A DNA stretch of 61,892 bases from the NCBI GenBank assembly GCA_031409815.1, contig JANNXV010000138.1, positions 1 to 61,892 on the forward strand, written 5' to 3'. This DNA comes from Bacteroidota bacterium (GTDB taxonomy: Bacteria > Bacteroidota > Bacteroidia > AKYH767-A > OLB10). Positions 1 to 8,677 of the stretch are shown in pieces (position 1 is the first letter of the stretch; each line of letters begins with the position of its first letter). Made by a program: the position numbers and the translations under genes. A model generated the notes under the pieces. It saw only the letters and a list, made by a program, of their open reading frames with translations, made no database searches and was not told the DNA's origin.

Positions 1-9
1 CATGACAAA

Positions 10-540
10 TTGAAACGAGTAATTTCATCGCTGTATTGTCATGCTGAGGCACGAAGCATCTCTACAAGCAAACTGTTATTAAACATTAATTTCATTCTGA
101 CTTTATTATTTATCTATTCCTGTCATCAGCCTCCTCCGGAAAATAAAGTTGCCGAGTTAAATTCTCATACAACAAAAGTTGAACAGCCTGCAACTGCAAC
201 CATTGATTCTGTAATTAACAGTAAAACAGAAACTCCAAATGCAATTGAACAAGCGCAATTGACTGAAAATATCAAATCTCAAAACGTAAGCGTTCAAATA
301 TTTAGTAATGATACAACTGCTGATGCAGCATTGAAAGGTTTTGGTTACAATATTTTAATGGATGGAAAGATGTATGTGCATCAACCGCATATCCCTGCTG
401 TGCCAGGTAATAAGGGTTTTGCTTCTATTGCTGATGCAAAAAAGGCTGGCTTATTTATTAAGTATAAAGTTGAACATCACATTATGCCGCCAAGTGTAAC
501 TGTAGAAGAGTTAGATAGTTTGAAAATAAGCTGGAAATGA
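10..540 (+). CDS. small exported protein, DUF4907-like (hypothetical)
   Basis: 176-aa ORF with a TTG start in the track; the true start is uncertain. Hydrophobic N-terminus ends LLFIYSC (lipobox-like). The C-terminal block GFGYNILMDGKMYVHQPHIPAVPGNKGF..AKKAGLFIKYKV is recalled as DUF4907-type. Confidence 0.5.
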   Translation: MKRVISSLYCHAEARSISTSKLLLNINFILTLLFIYSCHQPPPENKVAELNSHTTKVEQPATATIDSVINSKTETPNAIEQAQLTENIKSQNVSVQIFSNDTTADAALKGFGYNILMDGKMYVHQPHIPAVPGNKGFASIADAKKAGLFIKYKVEHHIMPPSVTVEELDSLKISWK

Positions 541-623
541 TGCGTCATTGGGAGGAACCAAGCAATCTCAGACAATTAAAAGATTGCTTCGCCTGAAGAA
601 GGCTCGCAATGACGACACCTGTT

Positions 624-2438
624 TTATTCTTTTACCTTCCCTTCAAAATAATCTTTCACAATTGTAGCTTTCGCCTTTCCTATAATATCCTCAATTTCTT
701 GGTATGTTGCTTCGCGAATTTTTTTCACGGAACGAAAATGCCGCAACAACAATTGAGCAGTTGCATCTCCAATTCCTTTTATTTCTGACAATTCAGTTTT
801 GATAACACCCTTGCTTCGTTTATTTCGATGATGCGTAATCCCAAAGCGATGCACTTCATCGCGCATTTGCTGAATGACTCTTAATGTTTCACCTTTTTTA
901 TCCAAATACATGGGCAATGAATCACCGGGATAATATATTTCTTCCAACTTCTTTGCGATACCGATTACACTTATTTGACCACGAAGATTTAGTTTTTCCA
1001 AACTTGTTATTGCAGCACTCAGTTGTCCTTTACCGCCATCTATTACTATCAGTTGCGGAAGCGGTTGTTGCTCTTCAGTTAGTCTTTTATACCTGCGGTA
1101 AATCACTTCTTCCATACTAGCAAAATCATCCGGCCCTTCAACAGTTTTGATATTAAAATGGCGGTAATCGTTTTTGCTAGGTCGCCCGTTTTTAAAAACA
1201 CTCATCGCTGCAACCGCATAATCTCCCTGAAAATTGGAGTTGTCAAAACATTCAATATGATAGGGCTTGTTTGGTAATCGCAAATCTTTTTGCATTTGCA
1301 ACATTAATCTTTCTATTCGATGTTCGGGATTTAATTTGTCTTGCTGCTCTAATTTATCTTTCATGTAATAACGAGCATTTTTCTCTGATAAATCAAGCAA
1401 CTTTTTTTTGTCACCAATTTTAGGAATCGTAATTTCAATGCCCGGCATTTCTACATCGGGAGCAACAGGTGCAATTATTTCTAAAGATTGACTGTGATAT
1501 CGCTCACGCAACTCAGCAATGGCAAGTGATAAAAGCTCTCCTTGCGTTTCTTCCAACTTACGTTTCATTTCTACCGTGATGGATTGAATGATTGCACCGT
1601 TCATCACTTTCATGTAATTGACAAACACACCAGCCTCTTCGTCCACCAAACTAAAAACATCCACATTATGAATGCTTGAACTTACAATAACGGATTTCCC
1701 TTTGTAACGTTCGAGCAATTCAATTTTATTTTTCAACAACTGTGCATCTTCGTATTCATATTTTGATGCATGATCTTTCATAAGGTTTTCCAAATGCTGA
1801 ATCACTGAATTAATATTCCCTTTTAATATCTCTTTAATATCTGAAATAGATGAATCATAATCTTCTTTGGTTTGTAATCCTTCACAAGGTCCTTTACAAT
1901 TTCCAATATGATATTCGAGGCAAATCTTAAATTTTTTCTTAGCAATATTTTCCGGTGTGAGTGCAAGAGAACAAGTGCGCAACTTAAACAACTGACCAAT
2001 GAGATCGAGCAAAGTGTGAATGGTGGTGACAGAAGGAAACGGGCCGAAATAAGTGGAGCCATCCTTAATAAATTTTCTTGTGTAAAACACTCTCGGGAAT
2101 TGTTCGTTCTTAATTACTATCCACGGATATGTTTTATCGTCTTTTAGAAGCACATTGTATTTGGGCTGATGCTTCTTGATTAAATTATTCTCCAGCAACA
2201 GCGCATCCATTTCACTGTCAACAATTATTACTTTGATATCAGCAATTTGGCGCACCATGCGCGCAACGCGACTACTATCGTACAATTGTTTGTTGAAATA
2301 ACTGGTTACTCTTTTCTTTAAACTTTTGGCTTTGCCGATATAAATCAAATCGCCTTCAGCTCCGTAGTATTGATATACACCGGGCTTGTCAGGTAAATTG
2401 CTGACGATACTTTTTACATGATCAGAATGGCCTTTCAT
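624..2438 (-). CDS. uvrC: excinuclease ABC subunit C
   Basis: GIY-YIG N-terminus (KPGVYQYYGAEGDLIYIGKAKSLKKRVTSYF) and C-terminal helix-hairpin-helix (IKGIGDATAQLLLRHF), with UvrC-like length. ATG at 2438 chosen because it forms an ATGA overlap with the upstream stop; the track start at 2504 looks like an extension. Confidence 0.95.
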   Translation of the reverse strand: MKGHSDHVKSIVSNLPDKPGVYQYYGAEGDLIYIGKAKSLKKRVTSYFNKQLYDSSRVARMVRQIADIKVIIVDSEMDALLLENNLIKKHQPKYNVLLKDDKTYPWIVIKNEQFPRVFYTRKFIKDGSTYFGPFPSVTTIHTLLDLIGQLFKLRTCSLALTPENIAKKKFKICLEYHIGNCKGPCEGLQTKEDYDSSISDIKEILKGNINSVIQHLENLMKDHASKYEYEDAQLLKNKIELLERYKGKSVIVSSSIHNVDVFSLVDEEAGVFVNYMKVMNGAIIQSITVEMKRKLEETQGELLSLAIAELRERYHSQSLEIIAPVAPDVEMPGIEITIPKIGDKKKLLDLSEKNARYYMKDKLEQQDKLNPEHRIERLMLQMQKDLRLPNKPYHIECFDNSNFQGDYAVAAMSVFKNGRPSKNDYRHFNIKTVEGPDDFASMEEVIYRRYKRLTEEQQPLPQLIVIDGGKGQLSAAITSLEKLNLRGQISVIGIAKKLEEIYYPGDSLPMYLDKKGETLRVIQQMRDEVHRFGITHHRNKRSKGVIKTELSEIKGIGDATAQLLLRHFRSVKKIREATYQEIEDIIGKAKATIVKDYFEGKVKE

Positions 2439-3445
2439 CTTTTCATCCAACTCAAAATACGTTTTGCTGCAAGGGCAGGCAAAATATTGCGAATGCAACT
2501 GCATTGTGAAGGTTGACTTTTACACTTGTTGCATGCGTTCTCTTCACAAAGATAAGTGGCCTTATTTCCTAATGGCGCCCAACGGGTAGGATCCATCGGT
2601 TTTATGGGCGGGTAAATGCCAATTGTGTGTTTTCCTAAAGCAGCGGCAATATGCAGAGGTCCTGTGCTTGCTGCAACAATTCCATCGCAAGCGTTAATAA
2701 AACTGATCAATTCAGAAAGGTTCATGGTGCCTGTAAGATCAATTACATTATTTGGTAACGATGTGGTCCAATCTTTCAGTAGTTCTTTTTCTTTTTCTGA
2801 TCCTGTAATAAATATTTTGATCGGGTAAGGCAGCAACAAATCGATTAGTGCACGATAGTTATGCAAACCCCATTCTCGTGCACTGCCATGCGATTTTGGA
2901 TGAAGAATTAGTTTAAAGTTATCGGTAGATAATGTAGAATTAAATCTTTCAGGTGGGAGCGAAGGGTTCTTTAATCCGTAATTATTTATCAATTCAGCAA
3001 TTGATGGCTGCAGTTTTAATCCGACACCTTTAAGTAATTTTATGTTGAGCTGAGCTTCGTGTAAGGTTGACTTTTTTCTGCTGAAATGAATGAGTTTGTT
3101 ACAGGAAAACAAATGATACAAACGATGCGAAGTGCCAATTCTTAAAGGGATTTGTGCACGTCTGGCCGCTTGTGCAATGGTTCTGCGGGGATATACATGC
3201 AGTATAACATCAGCCTGTTGTGCAAACAAAAATTCAGCCTGATCAATAGCGTTCAGTTTCTCAAACTCATCATAATTGAGAAATATATCTACTTGTGAGC
3301 AAAGGTCAATAACCGGGTGTGTATAGGTTCTTCCAAAAAAAATAATTTTTGAGTTTGGAAAATGTTGTTTGATTATTCCGCACAATGGAATGGTAAGTAT
3401 TACATCACCAATGGCATCTGTACGGCTAATAATTATGCGTTTCAT
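2435..3445 (-). CDS. glycosyltransferase family 9 (LPS heptosyltransferase-like)
   Basis: N-terminus MKRIIISRTDAIGDVILTIPL and C-terminal ..GIVAASTGPLHIAAALG.. are typical of GT9. ATGA start/stop overlaps at both ends (2435-2438 and 3442-3445). Confidence 0.85.
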   Translation of the reverse strand: MKRIIISRTDAIGDVILTIPLCGIIKQHFPNSKIIFFGRTYTHPVIDLCSQVDIFLNYDEFEKLNAIDQAEFLFAQQADVILHVYPRRTIAQAARRAQIPLRIGTSHRLYHLFSCNKLIHFSRKKSTLHEAQLNIKLLKGVGLKLQPSIAELINNYGLKNPSLPPERFNSTLSTDNFKLILHPKSHGSAREWGLHNYRALIDLLLPYPIKIFITGSEKEKELLKDWTTSLPNNVIDLTGTMNLSELISFINACDGIVAASTGPLHIAAALGKHTIGIYPPIKPMDPTRWAPLGNKATYLCEENACNKCKSQPSQCSCIRNILPALAAKRILSWMKR

Positions 3446-4263
3446 TTTTTGCGTTGCAGCTTCCACAATTTCAAGTATTTATAAAAAGTTGCGTTGGCAG
3501 AAATTCTGCAAACAATAAAACCGTGAATGCCATCTAAAAAACCAAGTTGAAGCAGGTAACTTTTAATAAATTTTAAAATCGGACTAAAAAGAATTTTAAA
3601 AATATTGCTTGATTTTCCCTTCTCGAAAGCAACCTGAGCGGTTATGGTTGTAAATCGATCTGCTTGCTGAATATGTTCTGAGATGGTGTAATAACTATAA
3701 TGCAGTAAATCGCCTTTTAGCAAAATGGACTTTTTAGGTTTTGGAATTATTTCTTCATGTATTATACCCTCCCATTTGAAAATACTTTTATCATACAACC
3801 GAATCTTTAGGTCAGGATACCAACCACAATGACGAATCCAATGCCCACAATAATTAGTGAGCCGTTTTAACGAACCGGTTTCCATTTTATCGGTTTTTTT
3901 TAGTTGAATAATGGACTCCTTTAATTTGTCTGATATGGCTTCGTCAGCATCCAATGACAATATCCAGTTATTGGTTGCCAAACTTGCTGCATGATTTCTG
4001 GCTACTGAATAACCTTCCCATAGTTTAAAGAAAAATTTCGCATTGTGTTCTTTGCAAATATTTTCTGTTTTATCAGTTGAACCTGAATCAACTACAACAA
4101 TTTCATCGGCTATTTCTTTAATGCTTTGCAAACATCTGGCAATGTTTCGCTCCTCGTTTTTTGTGATGACAGTTACTGTTAGCTTTTGCACACTACAAAT
4201 TAAGCATAAAAATATGCGCGGTGAAAGGGACTTTAAGGCTCTGAATGGTTTAGATAACGTCAA
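3442..4263 (-). CDS. glycosyltransferase family 2 (LPS-core WaaE/KdtX-like)
   Basis: VTVITKNEERNIARCLQS, VVVDSGSTDKT and SLDADE motifs are typical of GT2. Start uncertain: ATG 4263 or GTG 4191. Confidence 0.85.
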   Translation of the reverse strand: MTLSKPFRALKSLSPRIFLCLICSVQKLTVTVITKNEERNIARCLQSIKEIADEIVVVDSGSTDKTENICKEHNAKFFFKLWEGYSVARNHAASLATNNWILSLDADEAISDKLKESIIQLKKTDKMETGSLKRLTNYCGHWIRHCGWYPDLKIRLYDKSIFKWEGIIHEEIIPKPKKSILLKGDLLHYSYYTISEHIQQADRFTTITAQVAFEKGKSSNIFKILFSPILKFIKSYLLQLGFLDGIHGFIVCRISANATFYKYLKLWKLQRKK

Positions 4264-4377
4264 CTATTGATTCCGAATTCAATTAAATCCGTATTTTAAT
4301 TAAATCCGATTTTTGTTTTCGTTGATAAATCATGTGTAAATTTCTATTTGTTAACTACTTTCAATACTGGTTGAAGC

Positions 4378-4385
4378 TATTTTTG
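4378..4385 (+). promoter_or_regulatory. candidate Bacteroidota -7 promoter box TATTTTTG (TAnnTTTG)
   Basis: Exact match to the TAnnTTTG consensus, 14-23 nt upstream of the two candidate ATGs of the OmpA-like gene. AT-rich background makes chance hits common. Confidence 0.35.
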
Positions 4386-4398
4386 TGACGGAATTAAT

Positions 4399-5250
4399 AT
4401 GTTGAAAATGAAAAAAATTATTTTGCCTTTATTGGTTATTGGTATGCTGTCATCATGCGTAACTCGAAAAAAATACAAACAGTTAGAAAGCAGTAAAACG
4501 GCTGAAAGTGCACGGGCAAATGCTTGTGGCGAAAATCTGGCAACATTAACAGCTGAATTAGCTAATGCCAAGGGCAGAAATGAGAGTTTGCAGGGTGAGA
4601 TTGATCACCTTAAAAAAACGAATACTAATTTATTGGATCGTATGGCTGATCTTTCTGTGATCAGCAAAACAGAATCAGAAAACATTAAGAAATCTTTGGA
4701 AGCCATAAACAGCCAGAATCAACAGATTTTTGATTTAAATTCTTCTCTTCGTCAGAAAGATTCGTTGAATCTTGCTCTTGTAATGAACCTAAAGCGTTCC
4801 CTTGCAGATGTAGATGATCAGGATGTGAATGTGGAAGTTAAGAAGGGCGTTGTTTATATTTCTCTTTCAGATAAAATGCTTTTTAAATCGGGTAGCTATA
4901 AAATTAATGCAAAAGCTGAAAGCGTATTGGGTAAAATTGCCAGTGTTGCCAATGACCATAAAGAACTTGATCTTTTAATTGAAGGGCATACAGATAATGT
5001 ACCCATTGCCACTGCTTGCATTGAAGATAACTGGGATTTGAGCGCTAAGCGTGCAACTGAAGTAGTTAGAATGTTGCAAAATAAATTTAAAGTTGCCCCC
5101 GAGCGTATGACAGCTGGCGGAAGATCGGAATATGTGAATAAGGCTGGGAATGATACGCCTGCCGGCAAGAGTGCCAATCGCAGAACCGAAATCATTATTC
5201 TTCCTAAGTTAGATCAGTTTTTTAAGATGATGGAGCCGGTGCAGAAATAA
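4399..5250 (+). CDS. OmpA/MotB-domain lipoprotein with coiled-coil region
   Basis: Lipoprotein signal (LLVIGMLSSC), a heptad-like Q/L/N-rich middle, and a C-terminal peptidoglycan-binding OmpA domain (GHTDNVPI..LSAKRA..NRRTEIIILP). Start is 4399 or 4408. Confidence 0.9.
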   Translation: MLKMKKIILPLLVIGMLSSCVTRKKYKQLESSKTAESARANACGENLATLTAELANAKGRNESLQGEIDHLKKTNTNLLDRMADLSVISKTESENIKKSLEAINSQNQQIFDLNSSLRQKDSLNLALVMNLKRSLADVDDQDVNVEVKKGVVYISLSDKMLFKSGSYKINAKAESVLGKIASVANDHKELDLLIEGHTDNVPIATACIEDNWDLSAKRATEVVRMLQNKFKVAPERMTAGGRSEYVNKAGNDTPAGKSANRRTEIIILPKLDQFFKMMEPVQK

Positions 5251-5280
5251 TTCAAACACTTTAAATATATCAGAAAATGA

Positions 5281-5307
5281 AGCCGGAAATATTTTCCGGC
5301 TTTTTTT
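5281..5307 (+). terminator. rho-independent terminator
   Basis: Perfect 9-bp stem agccggaaa / tttccggct with a 3-nt loop, followed by a T-run, 30 nt after the OmpA-like stop. Confidence 0.8.
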
Positions 5308-5373
5308 ATGCTGGTTAAATCGAATGTTTGCTATTTTTGAATGGGAGCCTGGTAATCCAAATTAATTCTGTAA

Positions 5374-5381
5374 TAATTTTG
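5374..5381 (+). promoter_or_regulatory. candidate -7 box TAATTTTG
   Basis: Matches TAnnTTTG 62 nt upstream of ATG 5443. A second match, TATTTTTG, lies at 5332..5339. Confidence 0.3.
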
Positions 5382-5442
5382 TAACATTCACGTAAGTCAA
5401 AACAATTAATAAGTCTAATTGTTTCATTTAAAAACAAGAGTT

Positions 5443-6654
5443 ATGGACAACAGGAAAACACTATTTGTTGCAATTTTATTTGCAACTTTTTTTTCTCAGG
5501 TTAGTGCACAAGGCGTTGAGATTATTGGAATAAATAATACAAGTTCAGGTATGAACATTGTTAGGTGGAATTCTGATAGCAGCACTTTTTCTTTCAGTCA
5601 GCCGGTTAATTTAAGTGGGGTATTAGTCGGAACTTCTGTATTTGATTCTTATACCGGGAAATTTTATATAAGAGGTGTAGAGAATGTGACCAATGATCCT
5701 GTTATTTTAGAACACAATACCAATAACGATTCAACCAATTATGCCTCGGTGGGGAGCTTTTATAATGGTGGTGCCGATATTGATATGAGCACCGGTTTTA
5801 TTTATACCTATGTTGGGGATATAAACAATAATGTGTACCTAAACCAATATGATCCTGCAACCCAAACTAACTTCAATATCGGGTATTTTAATTTTGGTCC
5901 AAACACATCATTTTTTCCGGATGCTACTTGTTTCGATTCTAATAATCATGTCTATTATTTTATAGTTGTTGATGCCGCAGGAAAAAGTTTAGTTTCAGTA
6001 CCTGTTAATGCTCCAACTTTTACTTATAATGTTACCCCTTTGAATGGAATATCGATTACTGGAAATATGGGTCTTGAATACAGTAATAATTACGATATGG
6101 TTTATATGCTTTATCCAACATTCAACCCAATCGGCACACCATCACTTAGCATAGGAAGTGTGGATCCATTAACTGCAACCGTTACACCACTTAGATCATT
6201 AGTAGATATTTTCGGATATTATTTTGCAAGTCGCACCTACGATCAATATTCTGATCAATTGATTTTCATGGCTATTGATACCACAAACACAGCCCATTTG
6301 TACTTATATCAAACACAAAACGATACCCTAACAATTGGCCAATTGCCAAATGATAATACCATTGAGATAGAATGCAATAATTACAATTACGCTAAAATAA
6401 AATATGGTGTAACCAGCATTTCTGAAACGGATGCTGCTTCGATACCAAGACTATTTCCTAATCCAGCTAAGGAGTTTTTAGCAATTAGTAATATTAACGT
6501 GCCAACTACTTATCAAGTTTTTGACACCTATGGGAAGAGTGTAAAACAGGGCATTTATCAGTCCAACGAATTGTTAGACATTCAGGAATTAAGAAATGGA
6601 CTTTACATTTTCCAAACGAGCACTGGTATTAATTCAAAGTTTGTAAAATATTAA
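5443..6654 (+). CDS. secreted hypothetical protein with T9SS C-terminal sorting domain
   Basis: Signal peptide (LFVAILFATFFSQVSAQ), Asn/Thr/Tyr-rich body, and a C-terminal RLFPNPAKEFLAIS..GLYIFQ..KFVKY tail. The track ORF starts at TTG 5419. Confidence 0.8.
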   Translation: MDNRKTLFVAILFATFFSQVSAQGVEIIGINNTSSGMNIVRWNSDSSTFSFSQPVNLSGVLVGTSVFDSYTGKFYIRGVENVTNDPVILEHNTNNDSTNYASVGSFYNGGADIDMSTGFIYTYVGDINNNVYLNQYDPATQTNFNIGYFNFGPNTSFFPDATCFDSNNHVYYFIVVDAAGKSLVSVPVNAPTFTYNVTPLNGISITGNMGLEYSNNYDMVYMLYPTFNPIGTPSLSIGSVDPLTATVTPLRSLVDIFGYYFASRTYDQYSDQLIFMAIDTTNTAHLYLYQTQNDTLTIGQLPNDNTIEIECNNYNYAKIKYGVTSISETDAASIPRLFPNPAKEFLAISNINVPTTYQVFDTYGKSVKQGIYQSNELLDIQELRNGLYIFQTSTGINSKFVKY

Positions 6655-6725
6655 ATGCAAGAAAAGTAAATCTACTTCATTATCTACACATCGGTTTAAA
6701 TAATTGATACCCGAAAAGGCAACAC

Positions 6726-7628
6726 TTAAAAGGGCAGTTTTTCTCCTTCTGTTGCAGTAAGTTTTTTGAACGCCATTAAAATTGTTTCAAATAGTTTTTG
6801 ACCGGATCTATTAATGATCAATCTTCCGTCAACTTCATTAACCAGCACCAACTCGCCCATGGTTCCTGTTGTAAATACTTCATCGGCATTATAAATCTCC
6901 GTTAATGAAATATTCTTTTCCTTCAATGAAATAGTATTTGAAAGTGCAATTTCAATAACTTTTTTTCTGGTAATTCCCGGGAGGCATGCATCAGCATTTG
7001 GTGTATAAAGTGTGCCGTTTTTGCAACAAAATATGTTACATGAATTGGTTTCTGCAACAAAACCATAATTGTCAAGCATCAATGCATCATCAGCTCCGGC
7101 AACGTTGGCTTCAATTTTAGCCAGAATGTTATTGATAAGATTGTTATGATGAATTTTTGAATCGATGTTCATAGGTGAATTTCTTCTGGTTGCACTTGTA
7201 ATCAAACGAATACTACTTGAACCATAAACTGGTTTTTTCCATTCGGCTAAAACGATCAATGTGCAGCCATTTGTATTTAGCCGTGGATCCATTCCGCTTG
7301 TTATTTTTTCGCCTCTTGTGAGTGTTAATCGAATATGCGACTCATCTCTCATGCCATTTGCTTTTAGTGTTTCGAAAATGACATTTTTAATTGTGGTTCT
7401 TTCAGGCACATTCATAAAGGCCATTGCATGAGCTGATTCGGTAAGTCGATTGATATGTTCATCTAAACAAAAAATTCGGCCATTGTATATACGCAGCCCT
7501 TCCCAAACAGCATCACCACCTTGCACCGAGCTGTCAAATACTGAAACTTTTGCCTCACTGCGCGAGTAAAGTTTGCCGTTAATACTAACAAAAATATTTT
7601 CGTTTTTTGGATTGAATGATTGCAACAT
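6726..7628 (-). CDS. aminotransferase class IV (branched-chain / D-amino-acid aminotransferase family)
   Basis: Fold-type IV PLP-enzyme blocks: EGLRIYNGRIFCLDEHINRL, FVAETNSCNIF, LPGITRKKVIE, EVFTTGTMGE. Confidence 0.85.
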   Translation of the reverse strand: MLQSFNPKNENIFVSINGKLYSRSEAKVSVFDSSVQGGDAVWEGLRIYNGRIFCLDEHINRLTESAHAMAFMNVPERTTIKNVIFETLKANGMRDESHIRLTLTRGEKITSGMDPRLNTNGCTLIVLAEWKKPVYGSSSIRLITSATRRNSPMNIDSKIHHNNLINNILAKIEANVAGADDALMLDNYGFVAETNSCNIFCCKNGTLYTPNADACLPGITRKKVIEIALSNTISLKEKNISLTEIYNADEVFTTGTMGELVLVNEVDGRLIINRSGQKLFETILMAFKKLTATEGEKLPF

Positions 7629-7631
7629 TGA

Positions 7632-8363
7632 TTATGCTTTTAGTGACTTTAAATATAGGAAATCGTAATAAGGTTTTGACTCAAGGTATACACTTTCCAA
7701 TTGAGGGATCAGTATTGTTTCTCGCTCTTTAAATGGCTCGAAGCCGGTGGATTTATGTACATTTTCATACCAGTATTTTGCCCAAACTCCATCTTCTTTT
7801 TTTGCACCCGCATTCCAACTTAACATTTCAGGATCAAAAATTATTGCTACCTCATCACAAATGGTGCGAAGTAATTTTTCTGGATTTTTTAACAGCTCAT
7901 TAGAATCAATAACAACACAATGAAAATTATTTTTAATCAGATAATGATACAAATCAAAATTTTGTTGAATTCCAATATCACTTAGTTGCGGGTGATCAAT
8001 CACTTTAGCATATGAATGCAAAACCTGTTTTGGGTTTCTGATTAATAATAGATTAAATGAATTCGAAAGCAGGCCTAAATCAATATTAATAAGGTGATGA
8101 GTCATTTGCTTGCAAAACAAAATACTTTTGTTAAATGAACCTGTGTTAATTTCCAGTATCACTTTGTTTCCATCCTGTTCCTGACTCTTTAACACGTCAT
8201 TGCGTCCGGGATGATCTGCACCTGTTACTTTCAAATAATGAGCATATAAAGGTTCATCCAATACAGTTGTGTCATTACGCTGTGCAAACGAATACATAAA
8301 AGCAGTGGAAATGTTTCGAGGGCCACTCCAAAGTTGTAAAATTTTGTTTTTCATTCTTTTCAT
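7632..8363 (-). CDS. sulfotransferase-like P-loop family protein
   Basis: N-terminus LWSGPRNISTAFMYSFAQRNDTTVLDEPLYAHYL is recalled from the sulfotransferase-like family that occurs fused to class IV aminotransferase-like domains in plants. Its stop lies 3 nt before the aminotransferase start. Confidence 0.6.
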   Translation of the reverse strand: MKRMKNKILQLWSGPRNISTAFMYSFAQRNDTTVLDEPLYAHYLKVTGADHPGRNDVLKSQEQDGNKVILEINTGSFNKSILFCKQMTHHLINIDLGLLSNSFNLLLIRNPKQVLHSYAKVIDHPQLSDIGIQQNFDLYHYLIKNNFHCVVIDSNELLKNPEKLLRTICDEVAIIFDPEMLSWNAGAKKEDGVWAKYWYENVHKSTGFEPFKERETILIPQLESVYLESKPYYDFLYLKSLKA

Positions 8364-8677
8364 TCTTTAACATGTTTTACACCAACAAGTATAGGATTTA
8401 TTTTAGCAACAAGTTTGTTCGTTTGAATGAGCAGAGAGTATTAAAACAACTATCTTTTAGCAATCACATGAACTTTAGTTTAAATTAGCTATTAATCTTT
8501 AGCAACCGTTGTAAAAATACCTTACCTTCGTTAAGTATTCTCTGAGATTAAATATATTGAGTGTTCAATGAATTTAGGTTCATTCTCATAAATTCATTAG
8601 AAAGTATGACATTGTCGACTTATTTAAATAGTAAACTTTCTTTACATTTTCTAAATTAAAACACTAAAACATCTACT

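Noticed and set aside
2439-2504. N-terminal extension of uvrC (MQLHSQYFACPCSKTYFELDEK) given in the ORF track
   Set aside because: It would overlap the upstream GT9 gene by 70 nt. The ATG at 2438 gives a canonical GIY-YIG N-terminus and an ATGA coupling junction.
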